From Planctomycetota bacterium (lineage in GTDB: Bacteria; Planctomycetota; UBA1135; UBA2386), in assembly GCA_965223545.1 (NCBI GenBank), contig OZ245006.1, positions 1,248,001 through 1,312,000 on the forward strand: DNA of 64,000 nt, read 5' to 3'. The stretch's first letter is position 1. Each line of letters begins with the position of its first letter. A program made the translations under genes and the position numbers. Positions 58,536 through 64,000 of this stretch are shown in pieces. A model generated the notes under the pieces. It made no database searches. It saw only the letters and a list, made by a program, of their open reading frames with translations, and had not been told where the DNA came from.

Positions 58536-61500
58536 CGATCCCACCGAGCACCGACCCGGCACGGACCGAAGGCAGCTCGCAGAGCCCGGCCACTGCCGAA
58601 CGGCGCGTGCTGGGCGACTTCGAGATCGTCGACGAGCTGGGTCGCGGCGGCATGGGGGTCGTCTACCGAGCGACCCAGGTGTCGATGCAGCGCCCGGTCG
58701 CCCTCAAGCTGCTGCCGACGTTCGCCGGCCTCGATGCCACCGCGGTAGCGCGCTTTCGCCGCGAAGCCGAGGCCGCGGGACGCTTGACGCACCCCGGCAT
58801 CGTGCCGATCTACGGCGTCGGCGAACAGGACGGCACGCACTACTACGCCATGGAGCTGATCGAGGGACCGAACCTCGATCAGCTGGTGCAAGCCCTCAGC
58901 CGACGCCCGCCGACGCGGCTGCGGTCGCCGCTGCTGGTCGAGGCCGGCTACGCCCACATCGAGCAGGCCCTCGAGTTCGCCGAGGGTGCCGAAGGCGACG
59001 ACTACGTGCGCTCGTGCGCGACCCTCGCCGCCGATATCGCCAGCGCGCTCGCCACCGCACACCGCTCGCGCATCATCCACCGCGACCTCAAGCCGAGCAA
59101 CGTCCTGATCCACCCCACCGGCCGTCCGGTGCTGGTGGACTTCGGGCTGGCGCGGGACGAACTCGCCACCAACCTAACGCGCAGCGGCGACGCCCTCGGG
59201 ACCCCCGCCTACATGGCGCCCGAGCAAGTGCTGGGTCAACCCACCGACGCCCGCGTCGACATCTACGGCCTCGGTGCGCTGCTCTACGAACTCCTCGCCT
59301 TGCGGCCGGTGTTCGACGGCCAAACCCCCGCCGACCTGTTGCGCCGCATCGTGGAAGACGAGGCCACTCCGGTCACCAAGGTCAACCCACGCGTGCCCCG
59401 TGACCTGGCGGTCATCGTGCACACGTGCCTGGCCAAGAGCGCCGACCAGCGCTACCCCGCGGTCGAAGCCCTGGAGATCGACCTGCGCTCGTTCTTGATG
59501 GGCCGGCGCATCCTCGCGCGACCACCCGGGCTGGTCGACCGCATCAAGCGCGTCGCCCGGCGCGTCCGCCACAACGCGGCGATCACCATCGGGGCGCTCG
59601 TGGTGACGGCAGGCATCGGCGGCACGGCGGCGGTGATGCAATCCCAGCGGAGCCACCGCGACGGGATCGCCGCGTTGGCGCAGGCCCGCCAGGCACTGGT
59701 CGAGGCCAAGGACCTGCGGCGCGCGCAGGAGCACTACGGCCGCGCCGAGGCCCTGCTCGGTGCCGGCGGTGCCGACCGTGCCCGGATCGAGCATGCCCGC
59801 GCCGCCTACGGCGAGCACTATCCCACCGAGCTGGCGTTCCTGCAGGCGATGATCGCCTCGCTGTCGGCGGGCGAGAGGGCCGAGCTCGACGACATCGTGC
59901 AGCGCGTCGCCGGCTTCGGCACCATCGTGCGCGCCCCGCGACTCCAGTCCGCCAGCGTGCAGCTCCGCGCCTACGTCGACGGCACTCTGCAAGCCGATTG
60001 GCAACCATTGCCCCAAGGCGGCAACATGCCTGTCGGCGACTACATCGCCGAGCTGCGGCTGGAGAACGCGAAGCGCCAGATCGTCGCACTGCGCGTCGAG
60101 CGCGACCGACAGACCGCCCTCGACGTCACCCCGATCGGCGAGTCCGATCTTCCAGCCGACGCGGTACCGGTCGCCGATCCCGCCACCGGTGCCACGTTCG
60201 CGATCTCCCGGCATGAGCTCAGCAACGCGCAGTATCGCGCGATGCTGACCGGAATCACCGACCCGGAGCTGCGCGCCGAGCTGACGCCGGAGGACTGGCG
60301 CAGCGACGCCGTCGACCAAGCACCGGTCCGCGGGCTGTCCTACTCACAGGCTCGCGCCGCCGCGGCGTTGCTCGGTGGGCACCTGCCCTCGCTGCGCGAG
60401 TACCACCTGGCGGCGACCGCCGGACTGCCTGGCTTGCGCTACCCGTGGGGCCAAGAGTTCTCGACCGACAAGATCGTCGCCAACCCCCAGTACCTATCGG
60501 CGCCGCTCGCGGTGGACCTTCCCGTGGGCGGGGATTCACCGCACGGCGTTCAGCACCTCCTCGGCAACATCGCCGAGCTACTCGCGCCGGCCGACGACAA
60601 CGACGCCGCGATGATCGGTGGCCACTTCCAGTCGATGCAGCCGGAGCAGTTGACCCTCGACCCGATCACGGCCACCTTGGTCGCGCTGCCGACGGTCACC
60701 AGCACCAACCGTTTTGCCGGCATGCGCGTCGCCTACTTCCCGCGGCCGCAGCCGACCCCCGCCCGCCTCGAAGCGGCGGAGGAGGAGTGGCAGCGCGCGC
60801 GCCGCGTGATCGGCAGCATGCAGCACGAGTGGCGCGTCTCGGCGTCCGGTCGGGTGCACTACGCAGTTCGCTGGAGTGCGCACCAGCACGCCGGCGAAGC
60901 CCGACCGCTGCATCTCGTCACCCCTGGCTTCCTGCAGCTTGCGGGAGCCGTGGTGCGGGACGGACACGGCCGCCCGCTGCCCTCCACCCGGGCGGCCGGC
61001 ACCGGCTGGGACACCAGCCAGCTGCACGTGGAGCCCGAGCAGGCGACTCCCGCAGGAGCACTGCTGCACCGTGCCATCGAGTGCGATCTGGTGCCGACCT
61101 CGGGGCTGATGCCGCACGCCGGTGGCTTCCGCATGCGCGTCCCACTCAAGGGCACCGGCGCCCGTCCGGCCAGCTACCGTTTGGCTCTGCCGCCGGGCAG
61201 CCAGGTGATCCGCGTCGAGCCACCGCCGGACCACGCGTTCGTCGACGGGGGCGCCCCGGTGCTGCAGTGGACCCTCGCCGCCGATGGCCAGCGCCGCCTG
61301 ATGCCGGCGCAGATCTACTTCCGCGCCGACGGGTTCCTCGGCGAGCAATGGCCGGCGCGGTCGCGCGCGCGCGCGTTTGCCGAGCGGTTGATCGAGAGCA
61401 TCTACCGCGACGACGAACAGCAAAGCGAGCTGCGCCACCCGGCCTTTCGTGGCCTGGGCCGGGGCGGAGTGACCAACACGCCACCTCCACAGCTCGACCG

Positions 61501-62146
61501 GCCGCGGCTGGTCGACGTGATGGGACTCGGGCCGGTACTGACCATGTCGCTGCGCGCCGACTGGAGCTATTCGGTGTCGGCCGACACGCGGCTCGAGCTC
61601 GACGACTGGCCGCTGACGCTGCAGTGCCTGATCACCGATCAGGGATTGCGCGCGCTGCGGCTCGAGCAGCCGGCGCAGACCGACGGCGGTGAGCTGCGGC
61701 CCGACGGCTCCTATCATCACGCACGCCTGGGCACGACGGTGACCCCGCGGCCCGGCACCGCGCTCAACCCGACGCACGATCAACTGACCGACCTGCAGGT
61801 GATGTACGTCGCCGAGGATCCGTGGGTGCGCTTCCAAGTGCTGGGCCACTTCGCCGCCGACACCGACACCGAAGCGACGATCCACGCGCGGCTGACCAAC
61901 GCCGCGCAAGCTCTGTGGAGCTGCGCACCGCTGACTGCCACCGCGCGGGAAGACGGCGGTCAGCTGTGGATCGTCGAGGCCGATGGCATTTGGAAGTGCG
62001 AGCGGTGGGTGTTCCTGACCCGCGGCCGCCGCCACCTGCTGTTCAAGGCGGTGGCGCACGGCAACACGCGCAGCCACGCGATCGAGAGCTTCCGCCAGCA
62101 CACCACGTGGTTCGAGGACATGGCCCGCACGGTCGTGATCGAGTGA
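58532..62146 (+). CDS. Ser/Thr protein kinase with a TM segment, FGE/SUMF1-like domain and further C-terminal domains
   Basis: LGRGGMGVVY, VALK, HRDLKPSN, DFGLA, GTPAYMAPE; TM; ISRHELSNAQY, PVRGLSYSQA, HLPS..EY, YPWG, SPHGV.HL.GNIAEL, GMRV. Confidence 0.9.
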   Translation: MTIPPSTDPARTEGSSQSPATAERRVLGDFEIVDELGRGGMGVVYRATQVSMQRPVALKLLPTFAGLDATAVARFRREAEAAGRLTHPGIVPIYGVGEQDGTHYYAMELIEGPNLDQLVQALSRRPPTRLRSPLLVEAGYAHIEQALEFAEGAEGDDYVRSCATLAADIASALATAHRSRIIHRDLKPSNVLIHPTGRPVLVDFGLARDELATNLTRSGDALGTPAYMAPEQVLGQPTDARVDIYGLGALLYELLALRPVFDGQTPADLLRRIVEDEATPVTKVNPRVPRDLAVIVHTCLAKSADQRYPAVEALEIDLRSFLMGRRILARPPGLVDRIKRVARRVRHNAAITIGALVVTAGIGGTAAVMQSQRSHRDGIAALAQARQALVEAKDLRRAQEHYGRAEALLGAGGADRARIEHARAAYGEHYPTELAFLQAMIASLSAGERAELDDIVQRVAGFGTIVRAPRLQSASVQLRAYVDGTLQADWQPLPQGGNMPVGDYIAELRLENAKRQIVALRVERDRQTALDVTPIGESDLPADAVPVADPATGATFAISRHELSNAQYRAMLTGITDPELRAELTPEDWRSDAVDQAPVRGLSYSQARAAAALLGGHLPSLREYHLAATAGLPGLRYPWGQEFSTDKIVANPQYLSAPLAVDLPVGGDSPHGVQHLLGNIAELLAPADDNDAAMIGGHFQSMQPEQLTLDPITATLVALPTVTSTNRFAGMRVAYFPRPQPTPARLEAAEEEWQRARRVIGSMQHEWRVSASGRVHYAVRWSAHQHAGEARPLHLVTPGFLQLAGAVVRDGHGRPLPSTRAAGTGWDTSQLHVEPEQATPAGALLHRAIECDLVPTSGLMPHAGGFRMRVPLKGTGARPASYRLALPPGSQVIRVEPPPDHAFVDGGAPVLQWTLAADGQRRLMPAQIYFRADGFLGEQWPARSRARAFAERLIESIYRDDEQQSELRHPAFRGLGRGGVTNTPPPQLDRPRLVDVMGLGPVLTMSLRADWSYSVSADTRLELDDWPLTLQCLITDQGLRALRLEQPAQTDGGELRPDGSYHHARLGTTVTPRPGTALNPTHDQLTDLQVMYVAEDPWVRFQVLGHFAADTDTEATIHARLTNAAQALWSCAPLTATAREDGGQLWIVEADGIWKCERWVFLTRGRRHLLFKAVAHGNTRSHAIESFRQHTTWFEDMARTVVIE

Positions 62147-62355
62147 TGCAACCCCGCCGCTACCAACCGGCGCGCACCACCGCGCTCTACGTCGCCGCCC
62201 TGTGTCTGCTCATCGCGAGCTGCAGCGGCGAGGAGAACCCGGGCCCGCTGCGCGGGCCGTTGGCGGGGCGCGAAGCGCTGCTCCACGAGCTGGACGAGCA
62301 AAAGGCACGGCAACGCGAGCGCGATGAGGCGCTGCTCGACGCGATCGGGCGGTGA
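62146..62355 (+). CDS. Small lipoprotein
   Basis: Lipobox LIASC after a hydrophobic stretch; TGATG overlap with the kinase stop. Confidence 0.6.
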   Translation: MQPRRYQPARTTALYVAALCLLIASCSGEENPGPLRGPLAGREALLHELDEQKARQRERDEALLDAIGR

Positions 62356-62395
62356 GCCCCGCCAATTTCCTCGGGGTCGAGCCCCTGCAGTCCCC

Positions 62396-63745
62396 TCAGA
62401 AGACGTAGAACTCGGCCGCGCGCGTGAACTCTCCGCTGCTCGCGTTGAGCGCTCGGAATCCCTGAAACGCTGCGGCTTGTCCAATCAGACTCGGTCGGTT
62501 GGGGACCGGAATCTGCACCGACAACGCTCCTGTCGACGAGGCGCCGGCGACGACCTGGATCAACACGAGTGGGTCGATCACGAGACCGTACTGGAACGGC
62601 GGCACCGCGAAGAAGTTTCGATACAACCCACCACCCAAGAACACGACTCCGACCTCTGAGGCGGAGATCGGCATGTCCACGGAGAACGTCTTGCCGACCT
62701 CGACGCGGGGGCGAACGCGCAGTTCGCCGTCAAGCACGACCGTGTAGATTTGTGGAGTGCCGCCGTTGGCCGAGGCGGCAAACGCAACTCGGCTGCCGCT
62801 GTCGTCCATGCTCGGGAGCCCCTGCAGGATGTAGGCGACACTATCCTCCGCGCTCAACATGACTTGCGCACCGCCGTCTCCGGGAATGATCGCCAGCCCA
62901 ACTAGGGTCCCCACAACTCCCCAGCGAGCTGCATGCACCAGCCACCGGCCATCGCGCGACGAGTGCATTGATCGCCGGAAGTAGGGACCATCGGTGATCG
63001 CCTGCTCGCTCTGACCAAGGATCAAGCGATAGAGGTGCGTCTGCAGCGCGGTCGGCGACACCATCTCGAACGCGATCGTGTTGCCGTTGTCGACCCAGCG
63101 CGCCCCCGACGGACCCGCGCCGTTGGCGCCCGAAATCGGTGATCCGGTGAACGAGGTGCGCCCGGTCTTCGTGAACGCGCTGTTGCGGAAGTACTCCTTC
63201 GGCTGGAACGGCTGCGGCAGCGAAGCCCCGAACACGACGAACTGCTCGCTCGGATCCAACGCCACGTCGTCCAGCAGAAGCGTGTCGGTGGCGATGTCGG
63301 TCATCGCACCACCGTTGGTCGGGATGATGAAGACGCGATAGATCCCGGCCTCGAGCCGGGTCCCCCACAGCACCTGATCGGTCGAGTTCACCGCCCAAAG
63401 CCGGTGGTTGGTGCCGGTCATCGTGGCCAGCGTCAGGGGCGAACCACCTGCCGCCGCGGCGAACCGCAGGTTGTTGCCATCGAGGAAGTACACCCCGCTG
63501 CTGTTCGGACTCCACAAGAACGACCCGATCGAGGCACCGGTCGCGATGGTCGACTCCGGCCCACCGGAGAAGCCCACGACGCCGATCAATCCGGCCCCGC
63601 GAAACGCGATCACGCGGCCGTCGGGGCTGATGGTGGCGTCTTGGTGCACGCCGAGCGACGTCGTCACTTGGACGACCCGGCGCTGCGATGGGAGGGCCGA
63701 CGCCGCAGCGGCGCACAGCACCGCGATCATGACAGGACTCTTCAT
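62396..63745 (-). CDS. Secreted TolB/PD40-like beta-propeller protein with a C-terminal beta domain
   Basis: Signal peptide (..ASALPSQ); ISPDGRVIAF, WSPNSS, SRDGRWLV, PSMDDSGSRVAF repeats; C-terminal G..SVQIPVPN.PSLIG...FQ. Confidence 0.8.
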   Translation of the reverse strand: MKSPVMIAVLCAAAASALPSQRRVVQVTTSLGVHQDATISPDGRVIAFRGAGLIGVVGFSGGPESTIATGASIGSFLWSPNSSGVYFLDGNNLRFAAAAGGSPLTLATMTGTNHRLWAVNSTDQVLWGTRLEAGIYRVFIIPTNGGAMTDIATDTLLLDDVALDPSEQFVVFGASLPQPFQPKEYFRNSAFTKTGRTSFTGSPISGANGAGPSGARWVDNGNTIAFEMVSPTALQTHLYRLILGQSEQAITDGPYFRRSMHSSRDGRWLVHAARWGVVGTLVGLAIIPGDGGAQVMLSAEDSVAYILQGLPSMDDSGSRVAFAASANGGTPQIYTVVLDGELRVRPRVEVGKTFSVDMPISASEVGVVFLGGGLYRNFFAVPPFQYGLVIDPLVLIQVVAGASSTGALSVQIPVPNRPSLIGQAAAFQGFRALNASSGEFTRAAEFYVF

Positions 63746-64000
63746 GCGGGGACTCCGTGGGGTACCGATCAAGCATAGCCCACGCCATCGCGGGTGTAAC
63801 AGCGCTGCACCCTCCGCGGGATCGCGGCGGCGGGGCGCCACGAGCCGGAAAAACCTCTACCCGCCAGCGCGCTCCGGCCCGTATGACGGACGGTGCGACC
63901 GGGCCTTCGGCAACGCTGTGCCCGCCGTCGCGGTCCAACCCTCTCCGACGCTCCCGGCCGCGCGCTCGCCGCGCGGCTTGGCCGATCCAAATGCACCGAC

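Noticed and set aside
60190..60740. The kinase FGE-like domain as the maturase for the sulfatase-like gene
   Set aside because: It lacks the catalytic Cys pair, is fused to a kinase as a probable binding domain, and the sulfatase-like protein has no convertible Cys/Ser motif.

Overview
High-GC bacterial chromosome segment; the gene content (TIGR02999-type ECF sigma plus Ser/Thr kinase, sulfatase, large prepilin-type proteins, BlaI/M56) suggests Planctomycetota, which is an inference. Housekeeping genes (phhA, rlmI-like, nusA-infB-DUF503-rbfA, selA-selD, recJ, polA, fhs, leuS) alternate with signalling and secretion modules. Main points: (1) an ECF sigma / membrane anti-sigma / N-terminally anchored CHAT (caspase-like) protease operon converges on a secreted FG-GAP protein gene, and both outer ends carry the same promoter-like motif (TGCGGWTTTTGTCGAC-N16-GAC); (2) selD has an in-frame UGA at the catalytic Cys position and is probably a selenoprotein, split in the ORF track; (3) a probable 6S RNA at about 46054-46214; (4) a five-gene coupled operon of three pilin-like genes (one of 1105 aa), a Ser/Thr kinase and a lipoprotein; (5) three unrelated secreted proteins share a similar C-terminal domain; (6) a possible internal start in the M56 gene would give a separate His-rich secreted protein. 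No tRNA, rRNA, CRISPR array or transposase was recognised. All calls come from motif reading by eye, without database searches, and several start codons were re-chosen from the ORF track.
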